Below, one piece after another: positions 37,801 to 56,790 of a stretch of DNA of 64,000 nt; within the stretch, counting starts at the first letter, position 1, and each line of letters starts with the position of its first letter. The DNA lies in assembly GCA_964016885.1 (NCBI GenBank), contig OZ024759.1, positions 36,766,001-36,830,000 on the forward strand, written 5' to 3'. This stretch comes from Eledone cirrhosa (Eukaryota). The notes under the pieces were generated by a model. The model was not told the DNA's origin and ran no database searches. It saw nothing but the letters and a program-made list of their open reading frames with translations. A program made the position numbers and the translations under genes.

Positions 37801-40800
37801 CAGAAAACTCTATTTATTCGATGGAAATAGTAGTGTTTATGCAGCATTTAATACAGATATGGATCTACAGGACTAAAACTCATTAATATGAGTAGTATTA
37901 GTAGAGTATATGCCATATTTAATACAGAAATGGCTTCTAAACGCAGAGAACTCATTTATTCGATGGAAATAGTAGTGTATATGCAATAATTAATGCAGAA
38001 ATAGCTTCTACAAGAGTAAACCTCATTAAAATGAGGGGTATTAGTAGATTATATGCCATATTTAATACAGAAAGGGCTCCTAAATGCAGAAAACTCATTT
38101 ATTCGATGGAAATAGTAGTGTATAAGCAATATTTATTACAGATATGGCTTCTACAGGACTAAAACACATTAATATGAGGTGTATTAGTAGATTATATGCA
38201 ATATTTAATACAGATATCGCTTCTAAATTCAAGGAACTCATTTATTCGATGGAAATAGTAGTGTATATCCAATATTTAATATAGATATGGCTTCTACAGG
38301 ACTTCAACTCATTAATATGAGGGGTATTAGTAGATTATATGCAATATTTAATACAGAAATGGATTCTAAATGACTAGAATTCTTTAATTCCAATCAAATA
38401 GTAGTTGTATAAGCAATAATTAATGCAGAAATGGTTTCTACAAGTGTAAAACTTATTAATATGAGGGGTATTAGTAGATTATATGCCATATTTAATATGG
38501 AAATGGCTTCTAAATGCAGGAAACTCATTAATTCGATGGAAATAGTAGTGTATATGCAATATTTAATACAGAAATAGCTTCTACAGGACAAAAGCTCATC
38601 AATATGAGGTGTATTATTAAAGTATATGCCATATTTAATACAGAATTGTCTTCTAAATGCAGAAAACTCATTTATTCGAAGGAAATAGTAGTGTATATAC
38701 AATATTTAATACAGATATGGCTTCTACAGTACTAAAACACACTAATATGAGGGGTATTAGTAGATTATATGGTATATTTAATACAGAAATGGGTTCTAAA
38801 GGACTTGAACTCTTGAATTCCAATCAAATAGTAGTGTCTATGCAAGAATTAATGCAGAAATTGCTTCTACATGCGTAAAACTCATTAACATAAGGGGTAT
38901 TAGTAGATTATATGCCATATTTTATATGGAAATGGCTTCTAAATGCAGGAAACTCATTAATTCAATTGAAATAGTAGTGTATATGCAAGAATGAATGCAG
39001 AAATTGCTTCTACAAGAGTAAATCTCATTAACATAAGGGGTATTAGTAGATTATATGCTATATTTAATATAGAAATTGCTTCTAAATGCATGGAACTCAT
39101 TAATTACATAGAAATAGTAGTGTATATGCAATATTTAATACAGAAATGGCTTCTACAGGACTAAAACTCTTTAATTCCAATCAAATAGTAGTGTATATGC
39201 AATATTTAATACAGATATGGCTTCTACAGGACTAAAACTCATAAATATGAGGGGTATTAGTAGAGTATATGCTATATTTAATACAGAAATGGCTTCTAAA
39301 TGCAGAGAACTCATTTATTCGATGGAAATAGTAGTGTATATCCAATATTTAATGCAGAAATGGGTTCTAAAGGACTAGAACTCTTTAATTCCAATCAAAT
39401 AGTAGTCTATATGCAATAATTAATGCAGAAATGGCTTCTACAATAGTAAAACTCATTAATATGAGGGGTATTAGTAGAGTATATGCCATATTTAATACAG
39501 AAATGGCTTCGAAATGAAGAGAACTCATTTATTCGATGGAAGTAGTAGTGTATATCCAATATTTAATACAGAAATGGCTTCTACAGGACTAATACACATC
39601 AATATGAGTGGTATTATTAGATTATATGCCATATTTAATACAGAAATGGCTTTAAATGCAGAAAACTCTATTTATTCGATGGAAATAGTAGTGTTTATGC
39701 AGCATTTAATACAGATATGGATCTACAGGACTAAAACTCATTAATATGAGTAGTATTAGTAGAGTATATGCCATATTTAATACAGACATGGCTTCTAAAC
39801 GCAGAGAACTCATTTATTCGATGGAAATAGTAGTGTATATGCAATAATTAATGCAGAAATAGCTTCTACAAGAGTAAAACTCATTAAAATAAGGGGTATT
39901 AGTAGATTATATGCCATATTTAATACAGAAAGGGCTCCTAAATGCAGAAAACTCATTTATTCGATGGAAATAGTAGTGTATAAGCAATATTTATTACAGA
40001 TATGGCTTCTACAGGACTAAAACACATTAATATGAGGTGTATTAGTAGATTATATGCAATATTTAATACAGATATCGCTTCTAAATTCAAGGAACTCATT
40101 TATTCGATGGAAATAGTAGTGTATATCCAATATTTAATATAGATATGGCTTCTACAGGACTTCAACTCATTAATATGAGGGGTATTAGTAGATTATATGC
40201 AATATTTAATACAGAAATGGATTCTAAATGACTAGAATTCTTTAATTCCAATCAAATAGTAGTTGTATAAGCAATAATTAATGCAGAAATGGTTTTTACA
40301 AGTGTAAAACTTATTAATATGAGGGGTATTAGTAGATTATATGCCATATTTAATATGGAAATGGCTTCTAAATGCAGGAAACTCATTAATTCGATGGAAA
40401 TAGTAGTGTATATGCAATATTTAATACAGAAATAGCTTCTACAGGACAAAAGCTCATCAATATGAGGTGTATTATTAAAGTATATGCCATATTTAATACA
40501 GAATTGTCTTCTAAATGCAGAAAACTCATTTATTCGAAGGAAATAGTAGTGTATATGCAATATTTAATACAGATATGGCTTCTACAGGACTAAAACACAC
40601 TAATATGAGGGGTATTAGTAGATTATATGGTATATTTAATACAGAAATGGGTTCTAAAGGACTTGAACTCTTGAATTCCAATAAAATAGTAGTGTATATG
40701 CAAGAATTAATGCAGAAATTGCTTCTACATGCGTAAAACTCATTAACATAAGGGGTATTAGTAGATTATTTGACATATTTAATATGGAAACGGCTTCTAA

Positions 40801-41368
40801 ATGCATGGAACTCATTAATTCCATGGAAATAGTAGTGTATATGCAATATTTAATACAGAAATGGCTTCTACAGGACTAATACTCATCAATATGAGTGGTA
40901 TTAGTAGAATATATGCCATATTTAATACAGAAATGGCTTCTAAATGCAGAAAACTCATTTATTCTATGGAAATGGCTTCTACAGGACTAAACCTCATTAA
41001 TATGAGGGGTATTAGTAGAGTATATGCCATATTTAATACAGAAATGGCTTCTACAGGACTAATACTCATCAATATGAGTGGTATTAGTAGATTATATGCC
41101 ATATTTAATACAGAAATGGTTTCTACAGGACTAAAACTCTTTAATTCCAATCAAATAGTAGTGTATATGCAATATTTAATACAAATATGGCTTCTACAGG
41201 ACTAAAACTCATTAATATGAGGGTTATTAGTAGATTATAGACAATATTTAATACAGAAATGGGTTCTAAAGGACTAGAACTCTATAATTCCAATCAAATA
41301 GTAGTGTATATGCAATAATTAATGCAGAAATGGTTTCTACAAGTGTAAAACTTATTAATATGAGGGGT
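28891..41368 (+). repeat. Satellite A main array (~12.5 kb, mostly alternating 72/71-bp monomers)
   Basis: Monomer anchors at 29041, 29113 and 29184. At least three monomer types. Confidence 0.96.
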
Positions 41369-41379
41369 GATATTGATAT

Positions 41380-44300
41380 CATATATGATACTGTTTTAGC
41401 CAGTTTAGAGTCATTTTAGTCATTTATGATGCCGTTTTAGCCATTTGAGATACAATTTAGTCATTTATGATGCTGTTTTAGCCAATTTGAGTTATTTTAG
41501 CCATTTATGATGCCGTTTTAGCCATTTGAGAGTCATTTCAGTCATTTATGATGCTGTTTTAGACGTTTGAGAGTCAATTAAGTCATTTATGATGCCGCTT
41601 TAGCCATTTGAGAGTCATTTCAATAATTTATGATGATGTTTTAGCCATTTGAGAGTCAATTTAGTAATTTATGTGCCGTTTTAGCAATTTTAGTGTCATT
41701 TTAATGATTCATGATGCCGTTTCGCCAATTTCACTCTCATTTCTGTCATTTATGATGCGTTTTAGCCCTTTTAGAGTCATTTTAGTCACTTCTGAAGCCG
41801 TTTTTCCATTTCAGTGTTGTTTTAATCACATATGATGCTGTTTGAGGCAGTTTAGAGTCATTTTAGTCATTTATGATGCCGTTTTAGCCATTTGAGAGTC
41901 AATTTAGTCATTTATGATGCTGTTTTAGCCAATTTGAGTTATTTTAGCCATTTATGATGCCTTTTAGCCATTTGAGCGTCAATATAGTCATTTATGATGC
42001 TGTTTTAGCCATTTGAGAGTCATTTCAGTCATTGATGATGCGGTTTTAGCCATTTGAGAGTCAATTTAGTCATTCATGATGCCGTTTTAGTCATTTTAGT
42101 GTCATTTAAATGATTTATGATGCCGTTTCGCCAATTTTACTCTCATTTCTGTCATTTATGATGCGTTTTAGCCATTTTAGAGTCATTTTAGTCATTTTTG
42201 ATGCCGTTTTAGCCATTTCAGTTTTGTTTTAATCATATATGATGCTGTTTTAGGCAGTTTAGAGTAATTTTAGTCATTTATGATGACGTTTTAGCCCTTT
42301 GAGAGTCAATTTAGTCATTTATGATGCCGTTTTAGCCATTTTAGTGTCATTTTAATGATTTATGATGCCGTTTCGGACATTTTACTCTCTTTTTGTCATT
42401 TATGATGCGTTTTAGCCAATTTAGTGTCATTTTAGTCGTTTCTGATGCTCTTTTAGCCAATTTGAATAATTTTAGCCATTTATGATGCCGTTTTAGCCAT
42501 TTGAGAGTAAACTTAGTCATTTATGATGCTGTTTTAGCCAATTTAAGTGATTTTAGCCATTTCTGATTCCGTTTTAACCATTTCAGTGTTGTTTTAATCA
42601 CATATGATGCTGTTTGAGTCAGTTTAGAGTCATTTTAGCCATTTATGATGCCGTTTTAGCCATTTGAGCGTCAATTTAATCATTTATGATGGCGTTTTAG
42701 CCATTTGAGAGTCATTTCAGTCATTTATGATGCTATTTTGGCCATTTGAGAGTCAATTTAGTCATTTATGATGCCGTTTTAGCCATTTTAGTGTCATTTT
42801 AATGATTTATGATGCCGTTTCGGACATTTTACTCTCATTTTTGTCATTTATGATGCGTTTTAGCCAATTTAGTGTCATTTTGGTCATTACTGGTGCCGTT
42901 TTTGCCATTTCAGTGTTGTTTTAATCATATATGATGCTGTTTTAGGCAGTATAGAGTCACTTTAGTTATTTATGATGCCGTTTTAGTCATTTGAGAGTCA
43001 ATTTAGTCATTTATGATGCCGTTTTAGCCATTTTAGTGTCAATTTAATGATTTATGATGCCGTTTCGGACATTTTACTCTCATTTTTGTCATTTATGATG
43101 CGTTTTAGCCAATTTAGTGTCATTTTAGTCATTTCTGATGCTGTTTTAGCCAATTTGAATAATTTTAGCCATTTATGATGCCGTTTTAGCCATTTGAGAG
43201 TAAACTTAGTCATTTATGATGCTGTTTTAGCCAATTTAAGTCATTTTAGGCATTTCTGACGCCGTTTTAGCCATTTCGGTGTTGTTTTAATCACATATGA
43301 TGCTGTTTGAGGCAGTTTAGAGTCATTTTAGTCATTTATGATGTCGTTTTAGCCATTTGAGAGTCAATTTAGTCATTTATGATGCTATTTTAGCCAATTT
43401 GAGTTATTTTAGCCTTTTATGATGCCTTTTAGCCATTTGAGCCTCAATTTAGTCATTTATGATGCAGTTTTAGCCATTTGAGAGTCATTTCAGTCATTTA
43501 TGATGCGGTTTTAGCCATTTGAGAGTCAATTTAGTCATTTATGATGCCGTTTTAGCCATTTGAGAGTCATTTCAGTCACTTATGATGCTGTTTTAGCCAT
43601 TTGAGAGTCAATTTAATAATTTATGTGCCGTATTAGCAATTTTAGTGTCATTTTAATGATTTATGATGCCGTTTCGCCAATTTCACTCTCATTTCTGTCA
43701 TTTATGATGCGTTTTAGCCTTTTTAGAGTCATTTTAGTCATTTTTGTTGCCGTTTTAGCCATTTCAGTTTTGTTTTAATCATATATGATGCTGTTTTAGG
43801 CAGTTTAGAGTAATTTTAGTCATTTATGATGCCGTTTTAGCCCTTTGAGAGTCAATTTAGTCATTTATGATACCGTTTTAGCCATTTTAGTGTCATTTTA
43901 ATGATTTATGATGCCGTTTCGGACATTTTACTCTTATTTTTGTCATTTATGATGCGTTTTAGCCAATTTAGTGTCATTTTAGTCATTTCTGATGCTGTTT
44001 TAGCCAATTTGAATAATTTTAGCCATTTATGATGCCGTTTTAACCATTTGAGAATAAACTTAGTAATTTATTATGCTGTTTTAGGCAGTTTAGAGTCATT
44101 CTAGTCATTTATGATGCCGTTTTAGCCATTTGAGAGTCATTTCAGTCATTTATGATGCTGTTTTATCCATTTGAGAGTCAATTTAATCATTTATGTGCCG
44201 TTTTAGCCATTTTAGTGTCATATTAATGATTTATGATGCCGTTTCGCCAATTTTACTATCATTTCTGTCATTTATAATGCGTTGTAGCCATTTGAGAGTC

Positions 44301-47300
44301 ATTTTAGCCATTTCTGATTCCGTTTTAGCCATTTCAGTGTTGTTTTAATCACATATGATGCTGTTTGAGGCAGTTTAGAGTCAATTTAGTCATTTCTGAT
44401 GCCGTTTTAGCCATTTGAGAGTAAACTCAGTCATTTATGATGCTGTTTTAGCCAATTTAAGTCATTTCAGTCATTTATGATGCTGTTTTAGCCATTTGAG
44501 AGTCAATTTAGTCATTTATGATACCGTTTTAGCCATTTTAGTGTCATTTTAATGATTTATGATGCCGTTTCGGACATTTTACTCTCATTTATGTCATTTA
44601 TGATGCGTTTTAGTCAATTTAGTGTCATTTTGGTTATTTCTGATGCTGTTTTAGCAAATTTGAGTAATTTTAGCCATTTATGATGCCGTTTTAGCCATTT
44701 GTGAGTAAACTTAGTCATTTATGATGCTGTTTTAGCCAATTTAAGTCATTTTAGCCATTTATGATGTCGTTTTAGCTATTTTAGTGTCATTTTAATGATT
44801 TATGATGCCGTTTCGGACATTTTACTCTCATTTTTGTCATTTATGATGCGTTTTAGCCAATTTAGTGTCATTTTATTCATTTCTGATGCTGTTTTATCCA
44901 ATTTGATTAATTTTAGCCATTTATGATGCCGTTTTAGCAATTTGAGAGTAAACTTAGTTATTTATGATGCTGTTTTAGCCAATTTAAGTCATTTTAGCCA
45001 TTTCCGATGCCGTTTGAGCCATTTCAGTGTTGTATCCATAATATATGATGCTGTTTTAGGCAGTTTAGAGTCATTTCAGTCATTTATGATTCCGTTTTAG
45101 CCATTTGAGAGTCATTTCAGTCATTGATGATGCGGTTTTAGCCATTTGAGTGTCATTTTAATGATTTATGATGCCGTTTCGCCAATTTTACTCTCATTTC
45201 TGTCATTTATGATGCGTTTCTGTCATTTTAGAGTCATTTTAGTCATTTCTGATGCCGTTTTTGCCATTTCAGTGTTGTTTTAATCATATATGATGCTGTT
45301 TTAGGCAGTTTAGAGTCATTTTAGTCATTTATGATGCCGTTTTAGTCATTTGAGAGTCAATTTAGTCATTTATAATGCCGTTTTAGCCATTTTAGTGTCA
45401 TTATAATGATTTATGATGCCGTTTCGGACATTTTACTCTCATTTTTGTCATTTATGATGCGTTTTAGCCAATTTAGTGTCATTTTAGTCATTTCTGATGC
45501 TGTTTTAGACAATTTGAGTAATTTTAGCCATTTATGATGCCGTTTTAGCCATTTGAGAGTAAACTTAGTCATTTATGATGCTGTTTTAGCCAATTTAAGT
45601 CATTCTAGCCATTTATGATGTCGTTTTAGCTATTTTAGTGTCATTTTAATGATTTATGATGCCGTTTCGGACATTTTACTCTCATTTTTGTCATTTATGA
45701 TGCGTTTTAGCCAATTTAGTGTCATTTTAGTCATTTCTGATGCTGTTTTATCCAATTTGATTAATTTTAGCCATTTATGATGCCGTTTTAGCCATTTGAG
45801 AGTAAACTTAGTCATTTATGATGCTGTTTTAGCCAATTTAAGTCATTTTAGCAATTTCCGATGCCGTTTGAGCCATTTCAGTGTTGTATCAATCATATAT
45901 GATGCTGTTTTAGGCAGTTTAGAGTCATTTCAGTCATTTATGATCCTGTTTTAGCCATTTGAGAGTCAATTTATTCATTTATGTGCCGTTTTAGCCATTT
46001 TAGTGTCATTTTAATGATTTATGATGCCGTTTCGCCAATTTTACTCTAATTTCTGTCATTTATGATGCGTTTTAGCCCTTTTAGAGTCATTTTAGTCATT
46101 TCTGAAGCCGTTTTTGCCATTTCAGTGTTGTTTTCATCATATATGATGCTATTTTAGGCAGTTCAGAGTCATTTTAGTCATTTATGATGCCGTTTTAGCC
46201 ATTCGAGAGTAATCTTAGTCATTTATGATGCTGTTTTAGCCAATTTAAGTCATTTCAGCCATTTATGATGCCGTTTTAGCCATTTAAGAGTCAATTTAGT
46301 CCCTTATGATGCCGTTTTAGACAATTTAAGTCATTTTAGCCATTTCCGATGCCGTTTGAGCCATTTCAGTGTTGTATCAATCATATATGATGCTGTTTTA
46401 GCCAATTTGAGTAATTTTAGCCATTTATGATGCCGTTTTAGCCATTTGAGAGTAAACTTAGTCATTTATGATGCTGTTTTAGCCAATTTAAGTCATTTCA
46501 GCCATTTATGATGCCGTTTTAGCCATTTAAGAGTCAATTTAGTCACTTATGATGCCGTTTTAGCCATTTTAGTGTCATTTTAATGATTTATGATGCCGTT
46601 TCGGACATTTTACTCTCATTTTTGTCATTTATGATACGTTTTAGCCAATTTAGAGTCATTTTAGACATTTCTAATGCCGTTTTAGTCAGTCTGAGTAATT
46701 TTAGCCATATATGATGCCGTTTTATCCTTTTGAGAGTCAATTTAGTCGTTTTTGATGCCGTTTTAGCCATTTGAGTGTCAATTTCGTCATTTATGATGCC
46801 ATTTTAGCCATTTGAGAGTCAATTTAGTAATTTTTGTGCCGTTTTAGCAATTTTAGTGTCACTTTAATGATTTATGATGCCGTTTCGACAATTTTACTCT
46901 CATTTCTGTCATTTATGATGCGTTTTACCCATTTTAGAGTCATTTTAGTCATTTCTGATGCCGTTTTAGCAACTTCAGTGTTGTTTTATCCATTTATGAT
47001 GCCGTTTTATCCATTTGAGCGTCAATTTAGTCATTTATGATGCCGTTTTAGCCATTTGAGAGTCATTTCAATCATTTCTGATGCTGTTTTAGATAATTTG
47101 AGTAATTTTATCCATTTATGATGCCGTTTTAGCCATTTGAGCGTCAATTTAGTCATTTATGATGCCGTTTTAGCCATTTGAGAGTCATTTCAGTCATTTA
47201 TGATGCCGTTTTAGCCATTTGAGAGTCAATTTAGTCATTAATAATGCCGTTTTAGCCATTTGAGCGTTAGTTTAGTCATTCATGATGCCGTTTTAGCTAT

Positions 47301-50300
47301 TTGAGAGTCAATTTAATCATTTATGTGCCATTTTAGCTATTATAGTGTCATTTTAATGATTTATGATGCCGTTTCGACAATTTTACTCTCATTTCTGTCA
47401 TTTATGATGCGTTTTACCCATTTTAGAGTCATTTTAGTCATTTCTGATGCCGTGTTAGCCATTTCAGTGTTGTTTTAATCATATATGATGCTGTTTTAGG
47501 TAGTTTAGAGTCATTTTAGTCATTTATGATGCTGTTTTAGCCATTTGAGAGTCAATTTAGTCATTTATGATGCTGTTTAAGCCATTTTAGTGTCACTTTA
47601 ATGATTTATGATGCTGTTTCGACAATTTTACTCTCATTTCTGTCATTTATTATGCGTTTTACCCATTTTAGGGTCATTTTAGTCATTTCTGATGCCGTTT
47701 TAGCAATTTCAGTGTTGTTTTATCCATTTATGATGCCGTTTTAGCCATTTGAGCGTCAAGTTAGTCTTTTATGATGCCGTTTTAGCCATTTGAGAGCCAT
47801 TACAATCATTTCTGATGCGGTTTTAGACAATTTGAGTAATTTTATCCATTTATGATGCCGTTTTAGCCATTTGAGCGTCAATTTAGTTATTTATGATGCC
47901 TTTTAGCCATTTAAGCGTCAATTTAGTCATTTATGATTCCGTTTTAGCCATTTGAGAGTCATTTCAGTCATTGATGATGCGGTTTTAGCCATTTGAGTGT
48001 CAATTTAGTCTCATTTAAATGATTTATGATGCCGTTTCGCCAATTTTACTCTCATTTCTGTCATTTATGATGCGTTTTAGCCATTTTAGAGTCATTTTAG
48101 TTATTTTTGATGCCGTTTTAGCCATTTCAGTTTTGTTTTAATCATATATGATGCTGTTTTAGGCAGTTTAGAGTCATTTTAGTCATTTATGATGCCGTTT
48201 TAGCCATTTGAGAGTCAATTCAGTCATTTATGATGACGTTTTAGCCATTTGAGAGTCATTTCAGTCATTTATGATGTTGTTTTATCAATTGAGCGTCAAT
48301 TTAGTCCTTTATAATGCCGTTTTAGCCATTTGAGAGTCAATTTAGTCATTTATGATACCGTTTTAGCCATTTGAGCGTCAGTTTAGTCATTTATGATACC
48401 GTTTTAGCCATTTGAGAGTCATTTCTGTCATTTATGATGCCGTTTTAGCCATTTGAGAGTCAATTTAATCATTTATGATCCGTTTTAGCCATTTTAGTGT
48501 CATTTCAATGATTTATGATGCCGTTTCGCCAATTTTACTCTCATTTCTGTCATTTATGATGCGATTTACCCATTTTAGAGTCATTTTAGTCATTTCTGAT
48601 GCCGTTTTAGGCATTTGAGAGTAAACTTAGTCATTTATGATGCTGCTTTACGCAATTTAAGTCATTTTAGTCATCTATGATGCCGTTTTACCCATTTGAG
48701 AATCATTTCAGTCATTGATGATGCTGTTTTAGCCATTTGAGAGTCAATTTAGTCATTTATGTTCCGTTTTAGCCATTTTAGTGTCATTCTAATGATTTAT
48801 GATGCCGTTTCGCCAATTTTACTCTCATTCTGTCATTTATGATGCGTTTTAGCCCATTTTGAGTCATTTTAGTCATTTCTGAAGCCGTTTTTGCCATTTC
48901 AGTGTTGTTTTAATTATATGATGCTGTTTTAGGCATTTTAGAGTCATTTTAGTCATTTATGATGCCGTTTTAGCCATTTGAGCGTCAATTTAGCCATTTA
49001 TGATGCCGTTTAGCCATTTTATTGTCATTTTAATGATTTATGATGCCGTTTCGGACATTTTTCTCTTATTTTTGTAATTTATGATGCGTTTTAGCCAATT
49101 TAGTGTCATCTTAGTCATTTCTGATGCTGTTTTAGCCAATTTGAATAATTTTAGCCTTTTATGATGCCGTTTTAGCCATTTCAGTGTTGTTTTAATCACA
49201 TATGATGCTGTTGGAGGCAGTTAAGAGTCAATTTAGTCATTTATGATGCTGTTTTAGCCAATTTGAGTTATTTTAGCCATTTATGATGCCTTTTAGCCAT
49301 TTAAGCGTAAATTTAGTCATTTATGATTCCGTTTTAGCCATTTGAGAGTCATTTCAGTCATTGATGATGTGGTTTTAGCCATTTGAGAGTCAATTTAGTC
49401 ATTCATGATGCCGTTTTAGTCATTTTAGTGTCATTTAAATGTTTATGATGCCGTTTCGCAAATTTTACTCTCATTTCTGTCATTTATGATGCGTTTTAGC
49501 CATTTTAGAGTCATTTTAGTTATTTTTGATGCCGTTTTAGCCATTTCAGTTTTGTTTTAATCATATATGATGCTGTTTTAGTGTCATTTTAATGATTTAT
49601 GATGCCGTTTCGGTCATTTTACTCTCATATTTGTCATTTATGATGCGTTTTAGCCAATTTAGTGTCATTTTAGTCATTTCTGATGCTGTTTTAGCCAATT
49701 TGAATAACTTTAGCCATTTATGATGCCGTTTTAGCCATTTGAGAGTCATTTCAGTCATTTATGATGCTGTTTTAGCCATTTGAGAGTCAATTTAATCATT
49801 TATGTGCCGTTTTAGCCATTTTAGTGTCATTTTAATGATTTATGATGCCGTTTCGCCAATTTTACTCTCACTTCTGTCATTTATGATGCGTTTTAGCCAC
49901 TTTAGAGTCATTTTAGTCATTTATGATGCCGTTTTAGCCATTTGAGAGTCAATTCAGTCAGTTATGATGACGTTTTAGCCATTTGAGAGTCATTTCAGTC
50001 ATTTATGATGTGGTTTTATCCATTTGAGCGTCAATTTAGTCCTTTATGATGCCGTTTTAGCCATTTGAGAGTCAATTTAGTCATTTATGATGCAGTTTTA
50101 GCCATTTGAGCGTCAGGTTAGTCATTTATGATGCCGTTTTAGCCATTTGAGAGTCATTTCTGTCATTTATGATGCCGTTTTAGCCCCTTGAGAGTCATTT
50201 CAGTCATTTATGATGCTGTTTTAGCCATTTGAGAGTTAATTTAGTCATTTATGATACCGTTTTAGCCATTTGAGCGTCATTTTAGTCATTTATGATACCG

Positions 50301-51206
50301 TTTTAGCCATTTGAGAGTCATTTCTGTCATTTATGATGCCGTTTTACCCATTTGAGAATCATTTCAGTTATTTATGATGCTGTTTTAGCCATTTGAGAGT
50401 CAATTTAATCATTTATGATCCGTTTTAGCCATTTTACTGTCATTTTAATAATTTATGATGCCGTTTCGCCAATTTTACTCTCATTTCTGTCATTTATTAT
50501 GCATTTTACCCATTTTAGAGTCATTTTAGTCATTTCTGATGCCGTTTTAGCCATTTCAATGTTGTTTTAATCACATATGAATCTGTTTTAGGCAGTTTAG
50601 AGTCATTTTAGCCATTTATGGTGCTGTTTTAGCCATTTGAGAGTCAATTTAGTCATTTATGATGCTGTTTTAGCCAATTTGAGTCATTTTAGCCATTTAT
50701 GATGCAGCTTTAGACATTTTAGAGTCATTTTAGTCATTTCAGATGCTGTTTTAGCTAATTTAAGTCATTTTAGCCATTTATGATGCCGTTTTAGCCATTT
50801 GAGAGTCATTTCTTTCATTTATGATGCTGTTTTAGCCATTTGAGAGTCATTTTAGTCATTTCTGATGCTGTTTTAGCCAATTTGAGTAATTTTAGACATT
50901 TATGATGTCGTTTTAGCCATTTTAGAGTCAATTTAGTCATTTATGATGCCGTTTTAGCTATTTTAAAGATTTATGATGCCGTTTCGGATATTTTACTCTC
51001 ATTTTTATCATTTATGATGCGTTTTAGGCAGTTTAGAGGCATTCTAGTCATTTATGATGCCGTTTTAGCCATCTGAGAGTCATTTCAGTCATTTATGATG
51101 CTGTTTTATCCATTTTAGAGTCAAGTTGAATAATTTTAGCCATTTGAGAGTAAACTTAGTCATTTATGATGCTGTTTTAGCCAATTTAAGTCATTTTAGC
51201 CATTTC
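41380..51206 (+). repeat. Satellite B-related array with 41-bp unit (~9.8 kb, open at gap)
   Basis: 'atgatgccgttttagccatttgagagtcaatttagtcattt'; period 41 (e.g. 41881 and 41922). Confidence 0.96.
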
Positions 51207-51406
51207 NNNNNNNNNNNNNNNNNNNNNNNNNNNNNNNNNNNNNNNNNNNNNNNNNNNNNNNNNNNNNNNNNNNNNNNNNNNNNNNNNNNNNNNNNNNNNN
51301 NNNNNNNNNNNNNNNNNNNNNNNNNNNNNNNNNNNNNNNNNNNNNNNNNNNNNNNNNNNNNNNNNNNNNNNNNNNNNNNNNNNNNNNNNNNNNNNNNNNN
51401 NNNNNN
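51207..51406. other. Assembly gap (200 N)
   Basis: Run of N. Confidence 1.
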
Positions 51407-51564
51407 ACGATATTTGCTTGCCAACAACTCTCAAACTCTTTCTACAGCAATGGCCGCTGTGTAATTGTTGTTCGTGGTTTGTTAAAAATCAATTAATGAC
51501 TGAATGAGATCAGAGAGAAAAGCATTTAGAAAATATTACTTCTGTAGTTTTTATTGTTTGTTGT

Positions 51565-51935
51565 TTGTGGTGGTGGTGGTGGTGGTGGTGGAGGTGGCGG
51601 ACTAGATATTAGTGGTTGTGGTGGTGGCTTTTGTTACAATGGTGGTGGTGGTGGTGGTTTTTGTTACAGTGGTGGTAGTAGTCGTGGCGGTGGCGGTGGG
51701 CTAGATGTTGGCGGTGGTGGTGGTGGTGATGGTGGCGGACTAGAGATTGTTGCTGTTGATGGTGGTGGTGGTGGTGGTGTTGGTGGCGGACTAGATGATG
51801 GTGGTGATGGTGGTGGCTTTTGTTACAGTGGTGGTGGTGGTGGTGTTGGCGGAATAGATGTTGTTGTTGTTGGTGGTGGGCTGACTAGATTTTGGTGGAG
51901 GTGGTGGCGGACTAGATGGTGGTGGTGTTGGTGGT
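51565..51935. repeat. (GGT)n-rich compound repeat
   Basis: (GGT)n with recurring 'ggcggactagat' and 'ttttgttaca' interruptions. Confidence 0.9.
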
Positions 51936-52446
51936 GACGGGGGTGACTGGAGTGTGGGGTGGCAATATTTTCTTTTTTATTCCTCGTTTGCTTGGTTGAC
52001 TTTTCCTTTTTCAAATGGGACCTCCCACATTTAAAACATGATGTGGCAATTTCATCAGTAAGTTGTCAAACACAAAGGCACATATACACACACACATTTA
52101 TAGATATAAACACATCTATACACCCTCATACATTCATACACACATGCACATATACACACTAACATACACACACATATATATAAAGAGAGAGAAAGAGGCA
52201 TTCGCACATACTAATATATATATATATATACATACATACATACATATGCATACACGCATATATGCATTCATAAATGAAATATGTATATTATATATATATA
52301 TGTGTGTGTGTGTGTATGTATGTATTGTTATATTATAAAGAGTTGGGACCAGACGGCTGAGCTCTTGCAGTTTCTACAACTAATTCCACACTGGAACGAG
52401 CTTTTGAAATGGCAACAGCTCAGCCGTTGGGTCCTCACTCTTCACA

Positions 52447-56790
<4,344 letters not shown>

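Noticed and set aside
28891-41368. Repetitive 'FNTEMAS' ORFs; CRISPR-like look of a constant motif with variable intervals
   Set aside because: The intervals are themselves a few recurring monomer types, stops are frequent, the context is eukaryotic and there are no cas genes. This is satellite DNA.
51554-51937. Gly-rich ORF resembling a structural protein
   Set aside because: (GGT)n repeat with no ATG, signal peptide or clear splice context; cannot be supported as coding.
51990-52065. Minus-strand CTGATGA...GAAA
   Set aside because: Helix III and helix I cannot form.
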